Shown here piece after piece: positions 10,902 through 20,268 of a DNA stretch of 64,000 nt (its first letter is position 1; the number at the start of each line of letters is the position of its first letter). Origin of the DNA: Gammaproteobacteria bacterium. GTDB lineage: Bacteria; Pseudomonadota; Gammaproteobacteria; CAJXQU01. The stretch covers positions 10,462 to 74,461 of the forward strand of contig JBGCGE010000045.1 in the NCBI GenBank assembly GCA_045110495.1, given 5' to 3'. A model generated the notes under the pieces. That model saw only the letters and a program-made list of their open reading frames with translations. It was not told the DNA's origin and did not search any database. Made by a program: the position numbers and the translations under genes.

Positions 10902-12812
10902 TCAGGCTGTTGTTGCTTGTTGTATTTCTGCGACGGGTAGGCTGATAGTAAATATCGCCCCTTTATCTGGCCCATCACTTCGAGCATGGATATTTCCATC
11001 CATTTTAGACAAGGTGTTAGAACACCAGTGCAATCCCAGTCCACCTTTGGTTTTGTCTGTTTTAGTGGTGAAGCCACGCTGAAAGATTGAGTCTATGATT
11101 GAAGGATCTATACCTTTACCGTCATCTTCAAACTGTACTTCTACCATCGATTTATGATTAGGCTTCTCGATTAATTGTGCGCGGATTAATATCCGACCAT
11201 TATTTTTTATTGAGAGTTGTAACGATCGCATAGCATTTACCAGAATCTGATGAAAAACCTGAGTCAACATAAAATCATCAGTGAGAATGGGGGGAAGTTC
11301 ATCAATATTCGAATCAACTTTGATGACTGATTTATTACCAATGTCATCTGGTAAGAATCGAATCGCTTGCTCAATCACTCGAGAGAATTTTTCTGGTTTT
11401 AACTCTTGAGCAGTTCTGCTGAATTGTTCCTGTTCGGAAAGAATCTCTTCTACAAGACCCAATTGCACACCTAATACATCAACAGACGTTTTGATTTGAT
11501 CTTTCTTGGCTCTGGACTCTTCGAAACTGGCTTTTAAATATGACAGCATTTTACGGCCACGATCAGTTAGTTCAGTTTCTGTTGAGAGCTCACTAAAAGC
11601 CCTGTCAGTGTTGTTGTTTGATGATTCATCAAGTATTGCCCTCAGACTACCCAATCGCAGTACAAGAGGGCTTAGTTGATTACGCAAGTTGTGCATCACA
11701 CCTGCGGCCATTTCAGCAATGCCTGCTGAGTAAGATTGTTTTTGAAGATCATGTCTTGCTTCAGAAAGATGATCTAGCATATCGTCAAACTCCCGGCCAA
11801 GTATGCCGATTTCATCTCCCTGTTCTAAGTTGAGGCGTTGAGAGAGATCGCCCGAGTGACTAACACTCAAAGTATGTTCTGATAGTTTTTTTAACGGTGA
11901 GATTATGAAACGATGGAATAGCAGGCCCATCACAATAAGCATTAACACACTTGCGATTAACATACCCCAAAGAGCATACTTAATGGAATGTGTACCAAGT
12001 ACTGAAATACTGCGTTCCACATCTGCGCGTAAGAAAAGAATAGGGCTACCATTCTTATTTCGATACGTAGAATAAACTGATAACAGCTCATCGCTCACTT
12101 CATTTACGACAACACCGTTATCAATGAGATCTTCTGATTGGCTAATAAATATTGTTTGATCTTCTACTGTTAATTTGTTCGTATCCGCTGGCCATAGCTG
12201 GAAATTAACACGTGTCTTTTCATGTATTTTTTCTAATGCAACTTCATTGAGAAAACGTGCCATGATAAGTGTTCCATGGCCAGGCCCATTGGAATTATTA
12301 TCAAGAATAGAGCTAACCGCGATAAACATCGGGCCACTTTTGGTAAGTACAATTTGTGTCGTAATTTTAACTTCATCAGTCGCTTGTATATAAGGATGAT
12401 CAGGTTTGAGTTTTGATAGATAGAGATTGTCATTATGGATAACTTCTTCAGTTACAAAATCATACATCTTTGAGACGAGTAATTGTCCTGATCGATCATA
12501 GATACTGATGTAATTTACATTTAACGTTTCGAGTGAAGATAGCGCGAGGTTTTCTTCCAAAAAGTTATTGTCCTCACCCGCAGCGAAGATATATGTATCA
12601 TCCCAATGTGACCAATCACCGGTGGCATTCTCAAGTTCTTCCAGATTGGCATTTAATGCTTCATGGATTCGGGTCATATCTTTTTGTGCTTCTTGATGTT
12701 CCAGCTCGATAAAGCTTGAAAGAATGAGTCCACGCAAAATCCCATAGTTAGTCAATATTGACAATGCGACAATAAAGCAAAGGATGATTGAAATTTTAAT
12801 TGTTAATTTCAT
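10902..12812 (-). CDS. Membrane sensor histidine kinase, cognate to the downstream RR-GGDEF-EAL gene.
   Basis: N-terminal TM segment, periplasmic domain, second TM, HAMP-like linker, H-box region, C-terminal HATPase_c (DDGKGID ... GGLGLHWCSNTL). A 10-bp gap separates it from the response-regulator gene, suggesting an operon. Confidence 0.8.
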   Translation of the reverse strand: MKLTIKISIILCFIVALSILTNYGILRGLILSSFIELEHQEAQKDMTRIHEALNANLEELENATGDWSHWDDTYIFAAGEDNNFLEENLALSSLETLNVNYISIYDRSGQLLVSKMYDFVTEEVIHNDNLYLSKLKPDHPYIQATDEVKITTQIVLTKSGPMFIAVSSILDNNSNGPGHGTLIMARFLNEVALEKIHEKTRVNFQLWPADTNKLTVEDQTIFISQSEDLIDNGVVVNEVSDELLSVYSTYRNKNGSPILFLRADVERSISVLGTHSIKYALWGMLIASVLMLIVMGLLFHRFIISPLKKLSEHTLSVSHSGDLSQRLNLEQGDEIGILGREFDDMLDHLSEARHDLQKQSYSAGIAEMAAGVMHNLRNQLSPLVLRLGSLRAILDESSNNNTDRAFSELSTETELTDRGRKMLSYLKASFEESRAKKDQIKTSVDVLGVQLGLVEEILSEQEQFSRTAQELKPEKFSRVIEQAIRFLPDDIGNKSVIKVDSNIDELPPILTDDFMLTQVFHQILVNAMRSLQLSIKNNGRILIRAQLIEKPNHKSMVEVQFEDDGKGIDPSIIDSIFQRGFTTKTDKTKGGLGLHWCSNTLSKMDGNIHARSDGPDKGAIFTISLPVAEIQQATTA

Positions 12813-13199
12813 AGCTATGACTTCAAATAATTAACTTTTATTACTCTTAGTTAAAAGCTTGAAGCTCGCAATTGATCTTATTGATAATTTGATGGAATTG
12901 GACTGTGTGAACTATATCGTTCTAATGCCGAAAAACTGTAGATTTTTACAAGAATACTAGAAAAAAATAGAATCTGATTGTTGAGTAATATTTTTATTAA
13001 TGAGTGGAATCATTAAGATTATGGACTTAACTTGTGGATGATAATGGCGTCCTGTGAATGCTAGTGTTTAACAGGTTATTCTGGAAATTTATATTTTTAA
13101 GTGTGCTCGTTAAAGTAAATTAGTATGTAATACTAAAACAGAGATACCACATGCGTTAATAGCAATTGGCCAGTATCCAGGAATAGATTTTCAAGGTAT

Positions 13200-13804
13200 A
13201 TGCGTAAAAGTAGTTCTCGGACACATTTGATCAGGAAAAGGTTAATGAGAATAAATAGTTTTGAAAGAGGCCTTGCGCCAGAAATTGAAGCGATAGAATG
13301 GATAAATACATCTGAGCCACTAGCCTTGAATAATTTGCGAGGTAAAGTCGTTGTTATACATGCTTTTCAAATGCTTTGCCCTAGTTGTGTATTGTATGGT
13401 ACTCCACAAATTTGTGCGGTTCATGAAATGTATATACATGAAAGAATCTACAGGTTATTGGACTCCATTCAGTATTCGAGCATCACAGTGTTATGAATAT
13501 TGATGCACTTAAGGTATTTGCACATGAATACCAACTGAGGTTTCCGATAGCCGTTGATAGACCTTCTGAGTCACATGTGATTCCTGTCACTATGCAAAAG
13601 TTTTCGCTTGAAGGCACCCCATCACTGATAATCGTGGATAAAAAAGGACAAATGCGAGTTAACCATTTTGGGAGGATGAGTGATATGGAACTTGGATACC
13701 TGATTGGTCTGTTGCTTCATGAAGAAAGTGGAAACATCGTTAATAACAAAAATGGTAGCGATGGTCGTGCAAAGCTAACGGTACCATCTAGTGATAATGG
13801 TTGA
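13200..13804 (+). pseudogene. Thioredoxin-fold (TlpA/redoxin-like, CxxC) protein gene interrupted by a -1 frameshift in an A-run at 13441-13443.
   Basis: ORF 13200-13496 carries GKVVVIHAFQMLCPSC (CxxC motif). ORF 13493-13804 in another frame carries the redoxin C-terminal half. Reading the second frame upstream gives KNLQVIGLHSVFEHH back to 13442, so restoring one A (aaa to aaaa) yields a continuous redoxin-like protein of about 202 aa. Confidence 0.7.
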
Positions 13805-13873
13805 AATACATGATCACATTAAAATTAATAGGATATGCTTTGAATAAAGCAGTAATTGAAACGGTTGAAAAAA

Positions 13874-13950
13874 TGGCGCGCCCTGAAGGATTCGAACCTC
13901 CGACCACCTGGTTCGAAGCCAGGTACTCTATCCAGCTGAGCTAAGGGCGC
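13874..13950 (-). tRNA. tRNA-Arg with anticodon TCG as read by hand (77 nt, CCA encoded).
   Basis: Reverse complement is GCGCCCTTAGCTCAGCTGGATAGAGTACCTGGCTTCGAACCAGGTGGTCGGAGGTTCGAATCCTTCAGGGCGCGCCA. It folds as a cloverleaf: 7-bp acceptor stem, D-arm GCTC/GAGT, anticodon arm CCTGG-CTTCGAA-CCAGG, T-arm GGAGG-TTCGAAT-CCTTC. The backbone closely resembles enterobacterial tRNA-Arg(ACG). Confidence 0.8.
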
Positions 13951-14129
13951 TTTGTGGTATTAAGCGGGAAAATATACCTGACTAGAAGACTCTTGTCACG
14001 GTTATTCATAAGCCTTGTTCAGGAAAAAATCATATTCACTTGAGTCTATATTCCCTCCTGTTATAAAGCGGTATGAGCAATAATACCTCCAAAAATGTAC
14101 ACTGGTGACTATTAAAAGAATATGAGGTA

Positions 14130-14951
14130 TTGATTATGATCAGAAAACCGTTGTTGTTATGTTGTTTTTTTCTTACGTCATTGATAAGCAATGTTTTTGC
14201 GGCAGATAAGCTTGAAGTATCGTTAGCTTTTTGGGGAGATGTTTCTAGCATGGCCTCACTTGGTGTGGTTCAGGGAATTGATGAAGCTAACTTGCAAGGT
14301 GAGTTTTTGGGGCAGAGTTACAGGATCAAAAACCACGATGTGGCAAATTTAGCACATGTCTCAAATGTTGCCGCTATTTTTGCAGTCGCTGACGAGGCCG
14401 TTTTACGAAAACTGGCTAAGCTTAACCCGGATACGCCTATTTTTAATTTAAGTGATGAGAATAATTCTCTACGCGAGAACTGCATCGCTAATCTTTTTCA
14501 TACAATTCCAAGTCAAAAAATGCGCGATGATGCCGTCGCACAATGGATACAAAAGAATCCTGATTCAAAGGCAAGTGCTGCTGGATGGCATAAAGATTTC
14601 AAAAAATATGCAGCAAGCCAGGTAAATAAAAGGTTTTCTGATTTACATGAAAAAGCAATGGATGATTCGGGTTATGCAGGTTGGATTGCTATGAAAGCTG
14701 TTGCAGATGCAGTGGTCCGTACAAGTTCCACTGATGGAGTAAAGTTGATGACTTTTCTGAAAAATGATCTGGTTATCGATGGTGCAAAAGGCTTGAAAAT
14801 GAACTTTCGTTCTACAGGTCAATTACGTCAGATGTTGTTGCTGGTTGATAAAGGAGATATTGTCGGTGAAGCACCAGTTCGAGGTGTAGTCGATACGACG
14901 GATTTGGAGACATTAGGCATTTTGGAATGTACGCCTTGCCCTGAAAATTAA
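14130..14951 (+). CDS. Secreted protein, possibly a periplasmic solute-binding-like protein.
   Basis: Signal peptide (MIRKPLLLCCFFLTSLISNVFA), 273 aa, C-terminal CTPC motif. No catalytic motif recognised. Confidence 0.4.
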   Translation: MIMIRKPLLLCCFFLTSLISNVFAADKLEVSLAFWGDVSSMASLGVVQGIDEANLQGEFLGQSYRIKNHDVANLAHVSNVAAIFAVADEAVLRKLAKLNPDTPIFNLSDENNSLRENCIANLFHTIPSQKMRDDAVAQWIQKNPDSKASAAGWHKDFKKYAASQVNKRFSDLHEKAMDDSGYAGWIAMKAVADAVVRTSSTDGVKLMTFLKNDLVIDGAKGLKMNFRSTGQLRQMLLLVDKGDIVGEAPVRGVVDTTDLETLGILECTPCPEN

Positions 14952-14971
14952 ACTAATAAAGTCAGATAAAA

Positions 14972-15730
14972 ATGGAGTTAAGATTAAAAGATAAAACCGC
15001 TGTTGTGACTGGCGCGAGTACGGGTATTGGCCGAGAGGTTGCTTTGGTTTTAGCTCGGCACGGTGCGAAAGTGGTGGTTAATTACAATGCATCGAAAGAA
15101 AGTGCTGAGGAAGTCGTTAAAGAAATTAAGCAAGCGGGCGGGGTGGCTAAATCTATCCAGGGAAATGTCGCTGATAGCGATGGGGTTGATCGTCTAGTTG
15201 CTTCATCTACAGAATATTTAGGTGAGATCGATGTTTGGGCGAATATTGCCGGTGCTGATATTTTGACCGGCTCCGGATCAAAATTAAGCGATATTGAAAA
15301 ACTGGAAAAATTAATATCAATTGATTTGAAGGGAACGATGATGTGTAGCTGGCGGGTGTCTGAGCTAATGAAAAAAGCGGGATCCGGATCAATCATTAAT
15401 ATTTCCTGGGACTTGGCGTTACATGGGATGGAAGGTCGAAACCCAGAAATGTTTGCAGCAGTCAAAGGTGGTATTACAGGTTTCACGAAGTGTTTAGCGC
15501 GATCAAATGCACCTGATATACGTGTCAATGATGTAGCTCCCGGCTGGATAAAAACTTCGTTTGCTGATGATGTGATGCGTGAGGATTATTATAATATGGT
15601 AATCGAAAGCACGCCGCTACGTCGGTTTGGATTACCTGAAGATGTTGCAAATGCGGTACTTTATCTCGCTTCGGATGAAGCTGCGTTTATTACTGGTCAA
15701 ACAGTAAAAGTGAATGGCGGTGTGGTCTGA
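14972..15730 (+). CDS. Short-chain dehydrogenase/reductase (FabG-like 3-oxoacyl reductase family).
   Basis: TGASTGIGREVA Rossmann motif, catalytic S-Y-K region (NISW ... AAVKGG), 252 aa. Confidence 0.85.
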   Translation: MELRLKDKTAVVTGASTGIGREVALVLARHGAKVVVNYNASKESAEEVVKEIKQAGGVAKSIQGNVADSDGVDRLVASSTEYLGEIDVWANIAGADILTGSGSKLSDIEKLEKLISIDLKGTMMCSWRVSELMKKAGSGSIINISWDLALHGMEGRNPEMFAAVKGGITGFTKCLARSNAPDIRVNDVAPGWIKTSFADDVMREDYYNMVIESTPLRRFGLPEDVANAVLYLASDEAAFITGQTVKVNGGVV

Positions 15731-15760
15731 CTTCGGTATAAATGGATCAATCATTTTTGA

Positions 15761-16570
15761 TCAAAGCGTTGGGGAGTTTCGAGAATTTATCCTGTCTAGT
15801 AAAGAAATATATTTTTGTAAGCGACGCTCGGAGCTTTGATCCATGTTTATAAATCTGCCACCTAATCTTGGTTTAGCACTATAGCGTTTGTCTTCGCAGT
15901 AACGGATCTCAAGTTCGGATTCGACAGGTGGTTTCTGATCACCAAGATACAATATACATTTCGGGATCACATCTCCGTGCTTAACTTTATTAGAGGTTTC
16001 TCTACTAAGAACAGCGGCAAATCCGCCAGCTGATAAATCTACCAGCTCACCTGTTACAAGATCATCCGATTCTGTATGAATATGTACCGGCAAATACTTT
16101 CCGCGTGGTGTAGAAACACGTAAGTGTTTTCTTCTTAATTGGTGATCAAGGTTTTCAGGGAAGGGGACTTTATAGTAGTGAATACCGTTATGTTCTCCTA
16201 CAGCGGTGAGTTCACATTGAAACTTAATTTCCCGATCTTCCAGGCGTGTTTTAATCTCAAATTCTTTAATGTGGCAAATAGCTCGATGTCCAGATCCAGA
16301 GCTAAGTTCATCGATGACAATATAGCCTTCTTCATCATCAACTTCGAGTAATGCACTGAGATAGGATTCTTCCATTCCAGCAATACTAACTGTCAACATT
16401 GCGCGCGAATTTTTGATCCTGTGCATTAGCTTTGTGGTTTCTGGAGAAGGTGGAGGTTTTATTTCTTGCTCAGGTTCAATTGGTACGGGGCTGGTTCGTG
16501 ATATTAGCTTGTCACGAATAGAACCGATTTGATCGAGTATGGTTTCTAACAACCGTTCTTTATTTAGCAT
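15761..16570 (-). CDS. ycgR: PilZ-domain c-di-GMP-binding protein, YcgR-like flagellar brake.
   Basis: RRKHLR (RxxxR) and DLSAGG (DxSxxG) PilZ motifs in the C-terminal half. Located immediately downstream of flgN in a flagellar cluster. Confidence 0.7.
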   Translation of the reverse strand: MLNKERLLETILDQIGSIRDKLISRTSPVPIEPEQEIKPPPSPETTKLMHRIKNSRAMLTVSIAGMEESYLSALLEVDDEEGYIVIDELSSGSGHRAICHIKEFEIKTRLEDREIKFQCELTAVGEHNGIHYYKVPFPENLDHQLRRKHLRVSTPRGKYLPVHIHTESDDLVTGELVDLSAGGFAAVLSRETSNKVKHGDVIPKCILYLGDQKPPVESELEIRYCEDKRYSAKPRLGGRFINMDQSSERRLQKYISLLDRINSRNSPTL

Positions 16571-16578
16571 TTTCTTAA

Positions 16579-17067
16579 CTATGCTTCACCTAGTGGCGGG
16601 GTGTCATAATTGGCTTGCATCGTACCGGTACGTCCATAAACAGGTTTGTCGTTACCACGTAATAAATCAATGACGCGATCTGTACTTGTTTTTGTCATTT
16701 CAATTGCTTGGCCGTTGACAATATTTTTATCATTACATGCTTCCATTTTTTCACAGAAAGTAGTCCAGATATCGCCAAGTTCGAATGCCAGTGCACTATT
16801 TTTCAGTCCAACTTGCTGATCATGGTAGCCATGTTTTGACATAAGGGTAGTCAATGAATTACTCGAGATTTGCATAGATTGTAATAATGCAATTTTTGAA
16901 TCTGTGGAAGAAGTCAACATTTCACTATCGCGCTGGCGTATGGCCTGGTTTTCACGGTCAAGCTCTTCATCTAACGCAGTTAAAATAGTGCCGATTTGCT
17001 TAAGTTGCTGTGAAATTTCTTTAAGCTTCAATGATTGTTGTTTTTCCATGTTCTTGACTCTATTCAT
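16579..17067 (-). CDS. flgN: Flagellar synthesis chaperone FlgN.
   Basis: 162 aa coiled-coil protein with FlgN-like sequence, directly downstream of flgM. Confidence 0.65.
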   Translation of the reverse strand: MNRVKNMEKQQSLKLKEISQQLKQIGTILTALDEELDRENQAIRQRDSEMLTSSTDSKIALLQSMQISSNSLTTLMSKHGYHDQQVGLKNSALAFELGDIWTTFCEKMEACNDKNIVNGQAIEMTKTSTDRVIDLLRGNDKPVYGRTGTMQANYDTPPLGEA

Positions 17068-17085
17068 AACGATGTATTGACAGAC

Positions 17086-17415
17086 TTAACTTTTCTTCTG
17101 TGGTAATGCTGTATCAAAATCGATCAATTTTGACGCAATACGTTCAGCATCAACATTGTAAGATCCTTCATTAATCGTTTTTTTCACAGCTTCCACTTTG
17201 CTTTGATCAACTACAGGTGCGGCCGCGATCGATTTCTCAGCGGCTTGTAACTGACTTGCAGCCGATGTGAGATTGACGTTAGATGACGGCGGAGGCGCAG
17301 AGCTGGGTTGTGCTTTGCTCGCTTCATCGGCTTTTTTATTAACATTGATCTGGTTGCTTCGTTGTTCCGTACTTTGAACAATTCCTGAACTTGAACCTTG
17401 AATTTCCGATACCAT
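17086..17415 (-). CDS. flgM: Anti-sigma-28 factor FlgM.
   Basis: 109 aa. C-terminal VDQSKVEAVKKTINEGSYNVDAERIASKLIDFD matches the FlgM family. A sigma-28 promoter lies upstream. Confidence 0.8.
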   Translation of the reverse strand: MVSEIQGSSSGIVQSTEQRSNQINVNKKADEASKAQPSSAPPPSSNVNLTSAASQLQAAEKSIAAAPVVDQSKVEAVKKTINEGSYNVDAERIASKLIDFDTALPQKKS

Positions 17416-17443
17416 AATTATTTTCTCCTCTGGATTTTTATAT

Positions 17444-17472
17444 CTTAGCGGCCGAGATTTTAAATCCTTTAG
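17444..17472 (-). promoter_or_regulatory. Sigma-28 (FliA) promoter for flgM-flgN.
   Basis: Minus strand reads TAAAGGAT, then an 11-nt spacer, then GCCGCTAA, against the consensus TAAAGTTT-N11-GCCGATAA. An AGGAG ribosome-binding site lies before the flgM ATG. Confidence 0.75.
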
Positions 17473-17474
17473 GA

Positions 17475-18206
17475 CTAATTAACATTTGTTGTCACTAAGC
17501 CGTTGTTTGTGATGGTGCCTTCAATCACTTTATTTGAATTTATATTTTTAACTTTTATCCGTTCACCAACAATACCATTAGACATTGCTTTTCCAGCCAT
17601 TTTAACGGTAATACCGCCCGTTTGTGCGAGTAGTGTTACTTGCTGTCCTCGCTTGATCAGCATGGAAGATTCTACATAAGTTGGTGTTATAACCAGGCCA
17701 GCACCGAGGGATCTTTTCAGGGTTTTTCCAACAACATCATCTAAGTTTGAAAAATAACCTGAGTTTAGTCTATTGATATCATGCTGCTCAACGCGTAGAT
17801 CTGATTGGCTAAGAGAAGTATTTCTAGGCAACGAATTACTCAGCACAACGATATTTTTAAACTCTTTAACTTGTACAGGAACAAACAAGGCCCACGGTTT
17901 TACACCGCTGCATTTAATATTGACAGTATACCGTCCGCGGTTGCCTGAATTTGATGTTTTACTCGTTTCTAAAGGCTCCTTGCATCTTACTAAACGAAGG
18001 CGTGGATCTAATCTGCCTGGGATAATCTCAATTTTCTTTTCATTTGAGACATTTATATATTGACCCAATACGAATTCTTTAGCAGCAGATTTAAGACTAT
18101 CAAGGGACTGATACTCAGTTGAATTTGCTGTAGGCGAAGCAAGGGTAGGCATGAGTCCTGCAAGCAGAATTATAAAGGCTCGATTTAGATCTGTTTTTTT
18201 ATTCAT
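17475..18206 (-). CDS. flgA: Flagellar basal-body P-ring formation chaperone FlgA.
   Basis: Signal peptide starting at MNKKTDL (this internal start is preferred over the ORF-track start at 18278). C-terminal SAF-domain region GQQVTLLAQTGGITVKMAGKAMSNG. Confidence 0.75.
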   Translation of the reverse strand: MNKKTDLNRAFIILLAGLMPTLASPTANSTEYQSLDSLKSAAKEFVLGQYINVSNEKKIEIIPGRLDPRLRLVRCKEPLETSKTSNSGNRGRYTVNIKCSGVKPWALFVPVQVKEFKNIVVLSNSLPRNTSLSQSDLRVEQHDINRLNSGYFSNLDDVVGKTLKRSLGAGLVITPTYVESSMLIKRGQQVTLLAQTGGITVKMAGKAMSNGIVGERIKVKNINSNKVIEGTITNNGLVTTNVN

Positions 18207-18302
18207 AATAAATAAGTGTTTATATTTAAAAACATGCAAAAACAATGCCTGTTTGGAATGCTTAATAAAGACAAGCAAGGTTGCTTAGTTTTAATCGAGG
18301 CG

Positions 18303-18329
18303 TAAAGAGATTTTTATTTGTGCCGATAA
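18303..18329 (+). promoter_or_regulatory. Sigma-28 (FliA) promoter for cheV-cheR.
   Basis: TAAAGAGA, then an 11-nt spacer, then GCCGATAA: a perfect -10 element with consensus spacing, 45 nt upstream of the cheV ATG. Confidence 0.8.
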
Positions 18330-18373
18330 GTTGAGCAAGATTTAGAAATTTAGCATCAGGCTGGAGAAAATAG

Positions 18374-19315
18374 ATGGCAAGTATATTAGACACTGTTGAC
18401 GAGCGTACCCAACTCGTAGGACAAAATAGACTTGAATTACTCATGTTTCGTTTGAGATCTCAACAACGATTCGGGATTAACGTTTTTAAAGTCCGAGAAG
18501 TGATTCAATGCCCCCCTTTAACGGTTGTTCCTCAATCACATCATGTTGTACGTGGCGTTGCAAATATCCGCGGTCTGACAATTACGGTGATGGATATGGC
18601 TGCAGCAGTTGGATTACCTCCAATTGAGGATCCATCAACAAGTTGGGTTGTCGTTACGGAATATAACCGAGCGATACAAGGCTTCCTGGTTAGTGGTGTT
18701 GATCGCATTATTAATATCAATTGGAATGAGATCAAACCTCCCCCAAAAGGGATGGGGAGACATAACTACATGACTGCTGTTACAGAAATTGATGGTGAAT
18801 TAGTCGAAGTAATTGATGTAGAGCAAGTGATGGCTGACATTATGAACATCCATCTGGAAGTGTCTGAAGACTTTATTTCTTTTAGCTCTGAGAGTGATAT
18901 TCAATACCATGCCTTGGTGGTAGACGATTCTTCTGTTGCTCGCCATCAAGTCACAGGCGTGCTTGATCAATTAGGCGTAACTTATGATATTGGAGAAAAT
19001 GGTTCAGAAGGTCTTAATATTTTAAAAGAATCGATAAATAAAGGAGAGGTTCCAACTGAGAAATATTCAATGGTTATTAGCGATGTTGAAATGCCATCAA
19101 TGGATGGATACTCATTTACTAAAGCGATTAAAGATCATCCGGAATTGAGAGATCTATACGTCTGTTTACATACTTCTGTGAGTGGTAATTTTAACAATGC
19201 GATGGCTGAAAGAGTTGGTGCGAATAAATTAGTACCTAAGTTTAGTCCTGACGAATTGGCCTCAACCGTTGTTGAAAGATTGAAAGAATTGGAACAGGAG
19301 TTAGAGCAAGCGTAA
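18374..19315 (+). CDS. cheV: Chemotaxis protein CheV (CheW-like domain plus receiver).
   Basis: N-terminal CheW-like domain (LMFRLRSQQRFGINVFKVREV ... IRGLTI). C-terminal receiver (ALVVDDSSVARH ... ISDVEMPSMDG). Confidence 0.8.
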   Translation: MASILDTVDERTQLVGQNRLELLMFRLRSQQRFGINVFKVREVIQCPPLTVVPQSHHVVRGVANIRGLTITVMDMAAAVGLPPIEDPSTSWVVVTEYNRAIQGFLVSGVDRIININWNEIKPPPKGMGRHNYMTAVTEIDGELVEVIDVEQVMADIMNIHLEVSEDFISFSSESDIQYHALVVDDSSVARHQVTGVLDQLGVTYDIGENGSEGLNILKESINKGEVPTEKYSMVISDVEMPSMDGYSFTKAIKDHPELRDLYVCLHTSVSGNFNNAMAERVGANKLVPKFSPDELASTVVERLKELEQELEQA

Positions 19316-19349
19316 GAGCACTTTTAAGTGACTCGGCTCGGTAAATAGA

Positions 19350-20249
19350 ATGGCTTATCTGGACTCTTCCACAGAAAGCTGGGTTTTAGCGTCAACAAAA
19401 CCTGCAGATTCTGTTGATGTATTAAAAGGGAGTATTAGTTCTAGCGAGTACACTCATTTCTGCAGTTTTCTTGAGAAAAATTCTGGCATTGTATTAGGCC
19501 AGAACAAAGAGTACTTGGTAACGAATCGTTTACGTGTAATTCTCGAGGATGGGGGTTTTAAGTCTTTAGGTGAATTACTGGGAGTTATAGAGTCTAGAGG
19601 TAAGAGTACACTTTATACAAAAGTAATCGATGCAATGACAACCAACGAGACCCTCTGGTTTCGTGATAAACATCCTTTCGAAATATTACGTGATGTCATT
19701 TTGCCTGAACTTTCTTCTTCATCAGCGCATCAGCTTCGGATTTGGTCTGCTGCGAGTTCTACGGGCCAGGAAGCCTATTCAATTAGTATTACAATCAACG
19801 AGTTTTTACAAAAGAAGTCAGGCTCACTACCCAAAAATGTCGAGATTGTTGCGACGGACATATCTCAAAATGCGCTCCAGCACGCTAAAGAAGGCATTTA
19901 TGATCCGTATGAAGTTACTCGTGGGTTAAGCGAAAATCATCAACGCCAATATTTTGATCGCGAAGGTCAACAGCTTCGTCTCAAACCTGAAATAAAGCAA
20001 AGTGTTCGATTTCAGCAATTAAATCTTTTGGAAAGTTACTCAGGTTTAGGAAATTTTGATGTTATTTTTTGTCGCAATGTTTTGATCTATTTTTCAGATA
20101 AAATTAAGTCTGAGATTTTGTCACGCATGGCAAAAGCATTAAAACCGGGTGGGTATTTATTTCTTGGAGGTTCTGAGCCTATTGCAAATTATTCTGATCA
20201 ATTTGAAATGGTGCGCTGTAAACAAGGTGTTGTCTACCGTTCAAAATAA
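19350..20249 (+). CDS. cheR: Chemotaxis protein methyltransferase CheR.
   Basis: LRIWSAASSTGQEAYSISI SAM-binding motif with CheR N-terminal helical domain, 299 aa. Confidence 0.85.
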   Translation: MAYLDSSTESWVLASTKPADSVDVLKGSISSSEYTHFCSFLEKNSGIVLGQNKEYLVTNRLRVILEDGGFKSLGELLGVIESRGKSTLYTKVIDAMTTNETLWFRDKHPFEILRDVILPELSSSSAHQLRIWSAASSTGQEAYSISITINEFLQKKSGSLPKNVEIVATDISQNALQHAKEGIYDPYEVTRGLSENHQRQYFDREGQQLRLKPEIKQSVRFQQLNLLESYSGLGNFDVIFCRNVLIYFSDKIKSEILSRMAKALKPGGYLFLGGSEPIANYSDQFEMVRCKQGVVYRSK

Positions 20250-20268
20250 TAAATAATTTTACTAGTTG

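Noticed and set aside
13805-14129. Genomic island or integrase at the tRNA-Arg locus
   Set aside because: No integrase, phage gene or direct repeat of the tRNA 3' end was found on either side. The flanking genes are a redoxin-like gene and a periplasmic protein.
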